The translations under genes were made by a program, and so were the position numbers. Of a stretch of 64,000 nucleotides of DNA, positions 23,191 to 35,502 are shown one piece after another (within the stretch, counting starts at the first letter, position 1; every line of letters starts with the position of its first letter). Source of the stretch: Felis catus (Eukaryota); the NCBI RefSeq assembly GCF_018350175.1, contig NC_058368.1:226612001-226676000 (forward strand), in the 5' to 3' direction. A model generated the notes under the pieces. It was not told the origin of the DNA and searched no databases. It saw only the letters and a program-made list of their open reading frames with translations.

Positions 23191-26062
23191 TGTTATGTGA
23201 GTGCCCTTCCCTCTCCTCAGCTCCCACGTCCTCAGTTCATGTGCCAGCAGGCATCGCATGGGTTACCTACACGCTTCCCAGCAGGGGACGATGACTCTGC
23301 CGTCCGCCGTCTGGTGGAGGCTGGGCACAAAGGCACCGGTGCGTGCACACGCTCCACGCTGGCCGGGAAATTGACGTGATACCTTCCCCATCCAGCCCAA
23401 CAGGGAAAGGTCCAGCTCTGCTCCAAAAGGCTTCCAACCCAGCTATTACCGGTGTGGCCACGGCTTTCAAAGGCTGCAGGAAAACTGAATACGGTCCTTC
23501 ACCACATCCCCCATTTTTATAAATCGCTATCACTCAGACCTTGAAACCGATGATCCTGCCTGTGTTTCTTGAAGAGGATATCGGGAAATCCAGAGGGAAA
23601 ACAATCTTAAGAGGATCAACCGTGGGAGAAAATGACGATAGTCAAACCGTTTCTGGAAAGCCAGTTATACCACTCACCCAATATTAACAAGACAGGTTAA
23701 ACACAGTTCTCGAAACGGTGGGAAGAGAAGCAGAGAAGCATTTTTTAACTGGCTCCTCTGTGGCACATGGAAGACGCTGGCGTCCAGTCTCTGTCTCTTT
23801 GCCAGCACACCGCACACCGTGGTCACCAGGTGCTTTCTAGTAGGAGCAAACATGTGTACGACTGGCGAAATCCACTCTGGAGGCCACGGAAGGTGACACC
23901 CTAATCCTGAGAGGTGGATCAGGATTCTGTCACCCGCGCTTTGAGAAAATTAGCATTACTGTCGTGCTCCCGTCTTGAAAAACCAGGCTGATAGTGAGAC
24001 CGTTCGGCAGCAAACCTCCCTGCGATGCATTTTAATTGTAAATGATACATACCCATGCCGAATTCATTTTAAAATACGTTTTTGTTTCATTGATTAAAAA
24101 ACAGTAGCAAAATGGATTCATACACAGAAATACTAAAAACCACTTAATTTTGCAGACATGCAAAAAAAAAATGGACAGCATCTCTCATAGGGATGGGGTC
24201 CAGTCACTTAAGAGCTGGAAAAAACAGTGGTATTAATTTAGCTCCATTGCTAAAAATGATTTCACCTGAACATTGAATTTTCCCATTTTTCTCCTGAATT
24301 TACTCTCAGAATGGTAGAAAATGCGCTGTGACAAAGATATATAAAACACTGGCTGGGCCTGCATCAAAAGAATCTTCCTAAGGAAAAGGCAGAATAAAAT
24401 GAAAATTTTAAATCCCTGTGGAGTCGGGGTTTTTTTTTTGAAGCATAAAAAGCAGGCATTTTTAATGCATGAAGCCCCACAGTCCCTTCCCCCAACCCTT
24501 TCACCAATGTCCATGCAGTTTTGTATTTTCCATTTTTGAAAAGAGAAAAGAGTAATACGAGAACTTAAATCTGGAGACAGAAACACACAGGGATTATCAA
24601 CGTAAAGTCTTGACTTTCTATTTTCACAGCCACTCAAATTAGCCAAACTATGACTATGGCAAAATTAACTGTAATCACGATGGGAAGAAGTGATCACCTT
24701 ACAAAACGTACATTTTTGATTACAGAAGACTGTAAATCAGTTATGTTGAAGTGATTTCCACTCGGGCTCCTAAGAACGGAGGCCTCAAAAGCAAATGTCT
24801 AGAATCAATTTACTTGACTTGCCCATTACCTTAATTGAATTTCAAGAATGACCTAATGCTCATATTTGAATTAACAGGCAGAAAATTAAAATTGGATTTC
24901 TACCTGGTGCTTCGCTGCTCTGAGAAGAACACCCCACTCTGTTCGCCTTACCACGTTGGTAAAACAACGCTAAGGCATTTAAACACCAGGGAATATAACC
25001 CGTTATAAAATCTCTTTATACGTCAGCCATTTGAAACACAGCAAGTCAAAGAATACCCAAAGAGGAGACACGCACAGCAGAGACCAGCCATCATCGTTCA
25101 TGCACACGCTGTCATACAGGAGCAACCAACATCAGGTCAAGGGTACGCTTCCCAATATTGCAAGCAGCTTAAATGAAGCCTCCAAACAAAGCCTGGAAAT
25201 GTACTCCCACACACCCTGCACACTTCAAGGAAGCAGGCTGCACACCCTATCGTGAAAATCAGCCGACACCTCACAGATGTCTTACACTGGACCTGCGTTC
25301 AACAATTAATTTAGAAGGAACTCTTCTTCAGAAAAAAAAGAACTCACTTAATTGTGTTTCACATTAAAATAAAAACAACTAATTCCATAACTGGGTCAAC
25401 CAGCCACTAACTAACTACCACAGGAACAGTCATTTCCACACCCAAGTAATGACACAAAAGCTTCCGACTACGCAAAGCAATTAATTCCAACATCTGTTAC
25501 TACACATAGTGAGATTCTGTATCAAGACCATCAGTGGAACGAATCTTTGTCCTGAGAGGCAGGACTTTCCACTTATTCTTTACGTAACCAAACAAATCTC
25601 TTTTCCTACTTCCAAATATTGGTTAGTTCAAATTCTACAAATCACATGATCGTGACCTTCCGTTGCCAAAATCCTGAATTCCGAGTGTGCCTATTTTGAA
25701 AGCTCTTCCAGGAACTTTCAACTACAGCACAAGGATTTGACAATCCTAGTGTTTTCCACGCTGAAAAACAGGATCTATAACGTCACGGAGGCTCGCCCAA
25801 AGTGAACCTATTATATATTCACAAAATAACAGCACTGCCTTAGAATTGAGACACTTAAAAATCCTATCAAAACCCCTTTATCGGGCAGCAGCAGCAAAGC
25901 AGCAAAAAAGAAACTCGAGAAACCCTCCGCCTTCTCATTTTTAAGAATCTCATATGCTCCCACTCGGTAGAACAGAACTGAGACTCACACATTTTATTTG
26001 TCTTCCAAAAATAGCCAGCACTGTGAACACAGGGAGAGAGATAATGAAGACCAGATGCCTAC

Positions 26063-26152
26063 CTTCACTGGTAGCCACATTCTTCTGGGCTTGGGTCGGC
26101 GTGTGATCTGTACTTGAACTCACGTCGGATGAGATGCTTGAGCTGCCTTTGC
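26063..26152 (-). CDS. FBXL7: Internal coding exon (likely exon 2) of F-box/LRR-repeat protein 7; 90 bp, phase 1-1
   Basis: Minus strand: pyrimidine tract and acceptor 'cattcctgttttctccAG|GCAAAGGC', donor 'AGTGAAG|GTaggc'. Translation (G)KGSSSISSDVSSSTDHTPTQAQKNVATSE(D) matches the recalled mammalian FBXL7 N-terminus (MGANNGKQYGSEGKGSSSISSDVSSSTDHTPTKAQKNVATSEDSDLSM). An isolated exon fits the very large introns 1 and 2 of FBXL7. Confidence 0.95.
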
Positions 26153-26580
26153 CTGGAGAAAACAGGAATGAGCAGCTTTTGAGTTTTGCGATTTCAGAAC
26201 CGGACCATGCCTTCTACTCTGTCCCATACCAAGCCATATCACTTGTTTCCAAGAAAGGAGCCATAATACCAAGTATGGAGTTTATTAGGTTTCCTGCCTT
26301 ATGCATTAAATATCTGACCCATGTAAGAGTGGAACTAAAGCCCTATTATAATATGGCTTGACTGTAAACTCAGACAAGATTATAAAACATACGATAACGT
26401 AATTTCATTTTGGCATGCACGTGAATAAGTAAGGACATGTGGGAAACACATCCACAGCATTAATTTTTTATTTGCAACTATAAACTATACATTTCCCAGC
26501 AAAGGACAAAAGCACATCTAAGAATGAGGCATTACCCAAATAGTAAGAGCCTGCTAGCTCCAAATAGTTGTGGCATCTCT

Positions 26581-26788
26581 TCTTTTTACGTTTATTTATT
26601 TTTGAGAGCAAGAGAGACAGAGCACAAGCGGGGGGAGGGGCAGAGAGAGGGAGACACAGAATCTGAAGCCGGCTCCAGGCGCTGAGCTGTCAGCACAGAG
26701 CCCGAGGCGGGGCTCGAACTCACCAACTGTGAGATCATGACCTGGGCCGAAGTCAGACGCTTAACCGACTGAGCCACCCAGGCGCCCC
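26581..26788 (-). mobile_element. SINEC_Fc SINE, ~430 bp upstream of the FBXL7 exon acceptor
   Basis: Reverse copy ending 'gagccacccaggcgcccc'. Confidence 0.95.
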
Positions 26789-26829
26789 TATGGTATTTTG
26801 TTGTAGCAACTTCAACAGGCTAAGTTAGC

Positions 26830-27314
26830 TGGTGCTCATGGCATGTCCTTAGTTCCCTTGAGCGTGGGTAGAACCTGTAACCTCTAAGCAACAAATATGG
26901 TAAATATGAGGGGGTGTTGAAGATGCAATTAAATTCCCCAATCACTAGGCTTTGATCAAAAGGGAGATCATCCTGGGTGGGCCTGGCCTAAATAGGTAAG
27001 CTCTTTCCAAGAGTCTAGAGGAAAGAGACCCTGCCCATTGGCCCCAAAGAAGCAAGCAGCTGTGAGTTCTACCGCTGCAAGGGAAACGAATTCGGCCAAC
27101 ACCTGCATGAGCATGGAAGAGACCCCAAGCCTCAAAGGAGCCACAGCCCTGGCCAATGTCTTGACTACATCTCTGTGACATCCTGAACAAAGCTCCCAGC
27201 AGATCCTGGCCCAGAATTCCATCCCCAGGGAACTGTCGGATAATAGATGTATCCTGTGTTCCACTGCTCTGAAGTTTGTGGTGACTTGTCACACGGCGAT
27301 AGAAAACTAATATA
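26830..27314 (+). mobile_element. MLT1E-like solo LTR
   Basis: 'atcaaaagggagatcatcctgggtgggcctg...gaattcggccaacacctgcatgagc...agtttgtggtgacttgtcacacggcgatagaaaactaata'. Confidence 0.8.
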
Positions 27315-28791
27315 ATGACCATCCAATTCTATCACAAATGCGCTCTTCTCGCTTAGCAAGTTAGGATCAAAACCCTTACATGCAACTGAGAAACACATTC
27401 CCTGTGCAGTGATACGTGCCCTAGTTTCGTGGAGTGCAGTCACATCTAAAAACAGAGTAGAAAGTACAAGGGCACTTCAACTTAGGAGCTTCGGGGATTT
27501 GCTTGTGAATGTTGAGAGAATACTGGAACAAGCCAAGTTCATGGGTGATATCACCTGAGCAGGGAAGTCAAAAGGCTGTTGTCTCCTTTCAGCACTGCCC
27601 GTTGTTCACTGTGACTCCTGACTCTGAAACAAGTCTGTCATTCCAGTTGTCCCAGCCCATTTCCCATCTTCCGCGCTCAGAGTTAGCCAAGGTGACGCAT
27701 AACTAACTCTCCATGAGTTTGCGTCTAGCCCAATTTTGTGGCCTGGCAGTGGTCGCCATTTATCTGCCACGGTCCACCTTTGGACAGGGTTGACACGTTG
27801 GGTGGGGTGTGTAGTTTGAAGCCTGCCGACCTGCTCTCTGACCTCAGTCAGCCCCTACTCGTTTTTGACCTTGGCCACTCATTTCTCCTCCAGGAGGCTC
27901 AGTGTCCACATGCGGTAAGAGAGATGGGTGGACTGATTCCCAACAGCTTGGATAATCTGTGATCCTAGGAGTCCCTCACAGTGCTCCTTAAACCCGAGCA
28001 ATGCCAACACTCCCTTTGATACGGCAAAAAGCATTATTGCCCACCACTGATGGAGACTTAGATTATTTTTAGTATATTGGTATTTAGCAATGCACAAATG
28101 GAAAGCCAGAAACAAACTCCATACGCTTTAACCCTGATTCAACAATGAGACCAAAACAAAGTAACACATTGAACACAAAAACAAGAAAGCCCATAAAATT
28201 CAAATTACGGCATTAATTTCATGTCGCAGATGATGTTATTTTGCAGAGATTAAATTGCCTTTCAAAATGTTAACACAGTACCGGCTGCGAAAGCGAATGT
28301 TCTCTGGGTTAGGGCATGTCCGTGCTCCCCCTGGCCCGTGTGAGGGCTCAGCTGAGCACCACTTTCCTCCATCCAGAATCGGGAGTCCTCCCTCCCAGAG
28401 CAGGAAGACAGGTCACTGGGCCTTCACTCCCGTCTGTTTTACTCATGATCTTTAAGTCTTCTCCTCTTTTATTCCTTATTGGCCCCTAGGCATTGAAATA
28501 GAACTCCTATCTTAAAAGATAGGCATAAACTTGGACAATGAAATCCTGTGGCAGGACTCATCCATAAAGGGGAACCAGGATACAACGATTTATTATTTTC
28601 ACGCCTGTCATCAAAACGAAAGCCCAAAGCAAAATAAATTCTAGAGGAAATTCTCAGACAGGTCTGAAAACAGAATGCAGACCCCCTCAGGGGACCACAA
28701 ACTCCAATTTAAGAAATGCTGGTCTATGAAGAATGGGAAGAGGCTAAGAAAACAAATAATATTATCAATGATATTAATAATAACAGCTATT

Positions 28792-29027
28792 GGGGCGCCT
28801 GGGTGGCGCAGTCGGTTAAGCGTCCGACTTCAGCCAGGTCACGATCTCGCGGTCCGGGAGTTTGAGCCCCGCGTCGGGCTCTGGGCTGATGGCTCAGAGC
28901 CTGGAGCCTGTTTCCGATTCTGTGTCTCCCTCTCTCTCTGCCCCTCCCCTGTTCATGCTATGTCTCTCTCTGTCCCAAAAATAAATAAACGTTGAAAACA
29001 AAAATTTAAAAAAAAATAAATAAAAAA
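28792..29027 (+). mobile_element. Young SINEC_Fc SINE with 15-bp TSD
   Basis: TSD aataataacagctat at 28776-28790 and 29028-29042. Confidence 0.97.
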
Positions 29028-29387
29028 AATAATAACAGCTATGTATACTGTGCTGTGTAGCCTAGTAAATACTTTCTTCATCACATATTGACTGTGCCCT
29101 GCGGCTATGTTTTGCAGTCACTTTTTCATTACTGCCCTCCCCACCAAGGAACCTTGTTAGACATTTCTCCCAATTACCCCAAAAGATATTGTAATACCAC
29201 CAATATACTATATATGTTACGCACTGCGTATACACCTCTGCTTTTTACATTAAATGGGGTTCTCCTCCCCCCCGCCCCCGCCTCAAGAACCATTTTTTGT
29301 CCCTTTGAGAATATATGTCCGTTGACAGTAAAACACTGAGTATTTAACAAATTAACTAACTAAGGAAAGCAAGATCATAGAGAAATG

Positions 29388-30017
29388 CAGTCCGTTCTTG
29401 TTATTCATGGTAGTTATGTTCTATAAAGCCACCCCAAACCATGCGATGACAAGAGTGGATCACTGCTTCTAGGGGAAAGACAGGGTTAGCTTTCTGCCAG
29501 CTGCTGGACACAACATTTTTGTCCGCCCGTCAGTACATACCCTTGTTTCATGTGTGTTTCTATTTAAAGACACCTCATACTGTTGATTGATTCGCCCTGA
29601 ACTTGAGGCCAACAGAGCTACACCTCAAGCTTAAGTGAACCTTATCTAATAATACATGTGAGACACCTCCCAACCTTCTCACACCTAGGCATGTTAGACA
29701 GCTCTTCGGCATGACGCCTGAAGGCCACCTTAGAGAGTGAAACCACCGAAGAAATGCACGCAAATCGAAAAACGTGGTGGTCAATAAGGCTGTAAAAAGG
29801 ACATTTAGTCACAGCAGAAGAGCCAAAACAAGAAGACAGGCATCACCTTGTTCATCCCCAGCTGGGGACATGCACGTTGGGAGACTCAGATTTTCCTCCC
29901 TCTGTTCGTGTCCGCAAATGACCACGAAAACATGTATTGATTTGGGGGTTACAAATAAATTTCAGCAAATGCACAAATGTGCAAATTATGGAATTCACAA
30001 ATAGTGAGCATCAACTT
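29388..30017 (-). mobile_element. TcMar-Tigger MER82-like DNA transposon, near full length
   Basis: Reverse of the recalled MER82 consensus ('ccttgttcatcccagctgggg', 'tgtccgcaaatgaccacgaaaa', 'tattgatttgggggttacaaataaattt'); degenerate TIRs at both ends; ~630 bp. Confidence 0.8.
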
Positions 30018-30509
30018 ATATAATCTTGTATTAAATATGGTTTCGCAGCTTTCATGTGGACCGGAGGGAGTATAGTCTGTAAATGACAAATCTCATATGT
30101 GGATTTGTAATTTACTGGTCTGAGGATTCAATAAAAATAACCCAGAAACAACACTTAGGAAATACTCCACGAACCTTAGAATAAGTTCATATTTTTGGAT
30201 GCTATTAATATGCTCTTTGTTTCTACCCTCCTTCTGGAAACATAACCATCTCCCCAGTGAGTTCAGGAAAAACGTGTATGTTTCGGGCTGGGAAACTTAT
30301 AACAGAAATGTTACAGGAGGAACTCAAGAAGGAATGGACGAGATCGTGTGTGTCCAAAACAGGAATTGGAAGTATAACAATGTTCTTGCAAGCCAAGCTA
30401 TGGCCTTAGAAAGATCACCCTACATTTCTTGCCTTCAGACAATGTTTGGTTGAATAACTGCTGTCTACACCTTGGCCAAGTTGACACATAAAACTGTCCA
30501 TCAGTGTCA

Positions 30510-30740
30510 GACCACAAGAGTTTTAATTCCATATCTACCAGTTCCAAGCAACGTGTCCAGGAGAAAATCTCTCTAATTCTCTAACGTTCATTGTCTTTAT
30601 CCATAAAGTGGGGATAAATGCAAACAAAAAAACACTACCCGTTTCCTCCATAAATGGGGGATTGTATCCACCCTTCAGTGTTTGGGGACGTTGCTAGGAG
30701 GAATAAACGGGATCCGGCTGGTAAAGCATTCGATCATGCC
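30510..30740 (+). mobile_element. MIR fragment(s)
   Basis: 'tctttatccataaagtggggataa', 'gtttcctccataaatggggg', 'gtaaagcatt'. Confidence 0.5.
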
Positions 30741-32764
30741 CATTGGCTGTCAAGAGCCCACCCTGTGATTGTTTAGTACTGACCCATTTATTACAGCCTA
30801 ATTTGTATCAGGAAACAGGAAATGAAATTTAAAACACTAATTATTATTACACCATTACATGGATATATAGTAGTAAATAAATATTACACATGCATGTAAA
30901 TTAAATTATACATACTTTATATAGCTGGCGAAAATCCCTCTGGTATGAGCAAAGCCGATAATTCTGCTATCTGACTGCTTTATGTAACTACATGAAAGTC
31001 TGTGTATTTGATCAATGGCCAAAACCCTCATTAGGGGTTATGAGCATATCAGAACTACGCCTGTTAGACTTGGTAAAGAACCATGTTACGCTTTATTAAA
31101 TGTCCTCCCAATTGGGCTAAAGGCCCCAAAATGAGGATACTTGAACCAACAACTAGGTATCAGATACAAATACACACCAAAGCAAGTGAAAACTAACTAG
31201 TGTGCTGATGTTGGTCGATGTTATTTGTACCAGATTAACATACATACATATAATTCTCAATCACAGTGTAGCGAAACTAGTCAGCTGGTTGATTACCCCG
31301 GTCAGTTGGGACACACTGTTAATCCGGGGATGTTAGCAGAAGAAAGTGCTGGTCCTCTATTCCAGCCATGCTGTGAGAGCGTGCCAGGTTTCCACAGTGT
31401 TTGAGGAGAAAGACCATGTTCATTAAATGGGGATCCTCTCATAGAGAACGATTTTAAATCTCTTAAAGTTCCCATGCGTAAAACCTGCAAAACTAAGTCT
31501 CTTCTCTCTTTTCCTTCCCAGTGCCCAGGCTGACTTTGTAAATGCAGGTATTTAAAACAAGACAGTCAGACATTCCACTGTCATTTATTGATAACACGAG
31601 AAGGTAAAGGGTAGAAGAGACCAGATCAATCGATACATGACCAAAAAAAAAAATGAACCAAGGGATCCTACGGTTTTGAACATTCTTAAGAGTCCAAGAA
31701 ATTACCTGCAAAATTGATTCCTTATATAACTTCCAGATTATATGCATTGAATTCATTCCTGTGGGTTTCAGCCATGGACTTCGGACATGAAATCCACAAA
31801 CCAGCATGTGGGCCCACGTGGGGGTCTTAGCCCGCTACATTTCCTGTTCCTCTCAGGTACCTTCTTTACAAGCTGCTGTTGGCACACCCTGAGAGCATGG
31901 TTTAAAGACTAAATGTCTACACCAAATGAAAGAGAATTCTTTGTAATATCTCAGAATTAGATCACAGGAGTGGTGGGGCATATTTGTATGTTGAACTCAC
32001 TGTTATTTTCCTGATTGTTACCGTGAGATAATTTCTTATCTTCTTTGATCCACAGTTCAAGGGTCTATACATGCAGAATAATAGTATTAGTTACCTCAAA
32101 GAATGATCCGGCTTAATCCCCAGCCCAGGTGCATACAGGGTTTGAAAAAGAAACTCATATCATGAAAGCGTATTAGTCCTTTCAGACCACAGGGGAGAGA
32201 GAGATTTAACAGAGGAATTCTCCAGAGTCAGAAATCTTGAAGTAGAGGGAAAGGAGGGATCGGCTCCTGAACTTTCTGCTTTATTTTGTTACGAGCAAAA
32301 GTCAGTCGATGGTGCCCTCTGTATTTGCTTCTCCCCCAGAGAAGACCGCAACAGGGGATGAAGAGGGTAAGAGGAAGAAAGGAAAGGAAGCAGAAGGGCA
32401 AACGTGAGTCCCGGTTCTCTTTTCATCTCAAGCCATTTAATGTCCTAACTAGTATCTTCCTTCCTCCACTTTCCCAAAGCACCTAGCAACTGATCTCACG
32501 GCCACTGAGCAGGATACCGGCATCTATAACGTGTTGGCGGTCCAGGGCAGGGCTGGAAAACAAGACAGTTAAGTGAACACCTGCTTCACACCCCGGAGGT
32601 GTGCCGGTCCCTTCCTGCCGAGACGCTGTCATTCTTACGGGTTTATATTCAGCCTAAGAGAAGCCAAGGATGCTTTTCAGCGTTTTTCTCAATTGCTAAG
32701 AGAGGCAACGTCCACCCAAACACAAGATCTGGTTCAGAGTGGGGGCATTCTTTAAGTCCATGAA

Positions 32765-33222
32765 AAATAGGTACAACATAAAATCTGCCAGAAAATGTAA
32801 CTATTTTTAAGTGTACGTGGTAGCGGCATTATTTACCTTCACGATGTTGTACAACCGTCACCTACTATTTCCAAAACTGTGCATCACCTGACACAGAAAT
32901 CCTGCATCCAGGAAGTAGGAAGTCCCCACTCCACCCTCCCCCAGCTGCCGGTAACCTCTGATCTGCTTTCTCTCCCTGTGAGGTTGCCTATTCTAGATAC
33001 ATTCTCTAAGGGGAATAATATAATATTTGTCCTTTTGTGTCTGGCTTACTTCACTTTTGCAAGGTTCATCTGGGTTTTAGCACGAGTCGGCACGACATTC
33101 CTTTTTACGGCTGAATAATATTTCATTGCGCGTATCTACCTATTTATCTATTTCTCTCTTGAGGATGGGCTTTTGTCTACCTACTCTTCCTTGGGCTATT
33201 GCGGGTAATGCTGCAATGACAG
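32765..33222 (-). mobile_element. L1MB-like 3' end
   Basis: 'tttttaagtgtac...ttcacgatgttgtacaaccgtcacc...tttgtccttttgtgtctggcttacttcactt...ttcctttttacggctgaataatatttcattg'. Confidence 0.85.
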
Positions 33223-33370
33223 GGTGCTGGCTTCCACCGCTTGTGGCTTTTGACTCTCCAACTTCTGGTGCATGTTGTTTCCAGCCGAAATCAGATCCGA
33301 GAGCTGTGGCTGGAGCAGGCGAACAAAGTACACAGAGTTCTTCCAGGAGAGAAACACGCAACAACCCCGC

Positions 33371-33383
33371 TGCTGAGTCAGCA
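33371..33383. promoter_or_regulatory. Perfect palindromic T-MARE (TGCTGAGTCAGCA), containing AP-1 and ARE cores
   Basis: Exact match to TGCTGA(G/C)TCAGCA; dyad extends to 17 bp (33369-33385); lies in a CpG-rich patch. Function not demonstrated. Confidence 0.5.
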
Positions 33384-34104
33384 GCTCCCCGACAGGCCTG
33401 CCGCACCCCCAGGAACGGAACGTCAGGCGGGGATACGGGGTGTGTTATGTTACCTCCAGGCAGGGCTGGATGGCTGCTGCCGCCAGTAGCGATGAATCGA
33501 GAACAGAAAACCAGCGCGCGGCACAGATGCTAAGAGGGCAGACACAGAGAGGCACAGAAAGGGCTTGGGGATCCAGACACACACCTGCGGCAGGAGCTCT
33601 GCCCTTGGAAGGCCTGCGAGGCTCAGACTGCACGCTTGGGGGCCGCCCCCTTCTCCCCAGATGGAGACTGTCTACACTCTCTCTCTAGGAAAGGCAAGAG
33701 CTTCTGCCTCAAGTAATTCAGGGCAGGAGGGGGTGGAGGGGTCCCACTCCCAAGTCACAGGAGCGAAACCACGACGTGAAATGCAAGCCCAGGGCTTACC
33801 CACACATGACCCTGGAGGAGACCGATCACTGAAGTGGTGTTAGCTTGGACGCCAAGGGCTAAAAAGAGGCAGAATTAGATAGAAATATAAGTTGATCAGC
33901 AATCGTTCGCTGCACACCCTGTCGTTCTTTTTCTTGGGGGAAGAAAGAAGCCACGCTCGGAGAAAAATCCCAATTAAAACCCACCATTTCCGCACGCCTG
34001 CGGAAGGCTGTGATAAAGAAAAAGAAAGGGGCATGACTGTGACACAGTCCTCTCCAATCCACGGAAGGTGGCAGACAGCCACGTGTGGGCCCAACGCACA
34101 GCGC

Positions 34105-34357
34105 GTGGTGCCGGAGGGCGTGGAGCCTGGCGGCAGGCTGCTGGAATAAACCCGAATCTTGGCTTCACTGCCAGCTGAACGGTGGAGCTTCAGGCAGCTT
34201 TCCTGACCTCTGAGCACCACAGTTACCCCATCTTTAAAGTGGGACGGTGGGAAATAGAAACTCACAGGGAGCAGCTGTGAGAATAAAATGACAAAGGGCC
34301 ATTGCTTATCGTGGCATGTACGTAGAAAAGGTACTTAATACCTGCTAGCTGTTATTA
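34105..34357 (+). mobile_element. MIR
   Basis: 'tgacctctgagcaccacagttaccccatctttaaagtggg...ctcacaggg...tgtgagaataaaatga...tagctgttatta'. Confidence 0.7.
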
Positions 34358-34652
34358 ACCATCTTGCCTATCGATATCCTCAATCAATAACTCAGCTTAA
34401 TTCAGCAACGACATGTGAAAGCTACTGCACGCAAAGGACTGTGATTGTGGAAAACGCAGGATGGTTTTGTATTGGGTTGGGGAGAGAAACCACAGGCACA
34501 TGAATAGAACTGAACATAAACACAGCATATTCAGTTTCTGAATCAGATCATTGAGTGACATCCCCAAATACTATTTGATTCGCGGAGTTTCACTGCTGTT
34601 CAGCGTGACTGCTTTTTCCATATACATAATGACATTAAAAATATGTAGAGTC

Positions 34653-34855
34653 GGGAGCCTGGGCGGCTCAGTCGGTTGAGCATCCAGCTCCGGCTCAGGT
34701 CATGATCTCGCAGTTGGTGAGTTCAAGCCCTGCCACAGAGCCTGGAGCCTGCTTGAGATTCTGTGTCTCCCTCTCTCTCTCTATCCCTCCCTTGTTCATG
34801 CTCTCTCTCTCTCTCTCAAAAATTAAAAAAAAAATTAAAAAATTAAAAATAAAAT
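34653..34855 (+). mobile_element. SINEC SINE with internal deletion
   Basis: TSD core aaatatgtaga at 34639-34649 and 34856-34866. Confidence 0.9.
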
Positions 34856-35053
34856 AAATATGTAGATTAATTGAAATCAATCCTATTTGTCTTCTCTACG
34901 GTATCCTCAGCTCCATGTGGGTAGATCCCTTAGCCTCCAAAGCAAGCCTGTGCTTGGCATATTATGGGCACTCAGTACACGTGTTAAATGAGTTGGCATA
35001 AGAGGAAGGTCCTAAGTGAATACGCTGGAAATTTCTTTCTTTTTCCTTTTTTG

Positions 35054-35275
35054 TTTTTAAAAAATTTTTTTTAACGTTTATTTATTTTTGAGACAGAGAG
35101 AGACAGAGCATGAATAGGGGAGGGGCAGAGAGAGAGGGAGACACAGAATCTGAAACAGGCTCCAGGCTCTAAGCTGTCAGCACACAACCCGACGCGGGGC
35201 TCGAACCCACGGACTGTGAGATCATGACCTGAGCCAAAGTCGGACGCTTAACCGACCAAGCCACCCAGGCGCCCC
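35054..35275 (-). mobile_element. SINEC_Fc SINE inserted in the tail of an older SINE
   Basis: TSD tctttttccttttttg at 35038-35053 and 35276-35291. Confidence 0.95.
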
Positions 35276-35291
35276 TCTTTTTCCTTTTTTG

Positions 35292-35489
35292 GGAGAGAGC
35301 ACGAGTGTGCGCACCAGTGAGGGAGAGGCAGAGAGCGAGGAAGGGAGAGACAGAGAGAGAGGGAGGGAGAATCTTAAGCAGGCTCCAGGGCAGAGCCCAA
35401 CTCAGGGCTGGATCTCACCACCGTGAGATCACGAGCTGAGACGAGATCAAAAGTCGGATGCTTAACCGACTGAGCCCCCCAGGCACCTC
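35292..35489 (-). mobile_element. Older SINEC SINE (host of the cluster)
   Basis: Diverged reverse body ending 'gagccccccaggcacctc'; flanked by tggaaattt at 35026 and 35490. Confidence 0.9.
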
Positions 35490-35502
35490 TGGAAATTTAT
35501 TT

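Larger units (their letters stand above)
1..26062 (-). other. FBXL7: Part of FBXL7 intron 2 (5' portion)
   Basis: Begins with the GT donor at 26062-26061 on the minus strand; no recognisable exon 3 sequence (DSDLSMRTLSTP...) in the window. Confidence 0.85.

Noticed and set aside
33126..34265. Cluster of overlapping ORFs / possible CpG-island promoter
   Set aside because: ORF density is explained by stop-codon scarcity in GC-rich DNA, and part overlaps L1MB and MIR. CpG density looks lower than a typical promoter island, and there is no FBXL7 exon 1 sequence.
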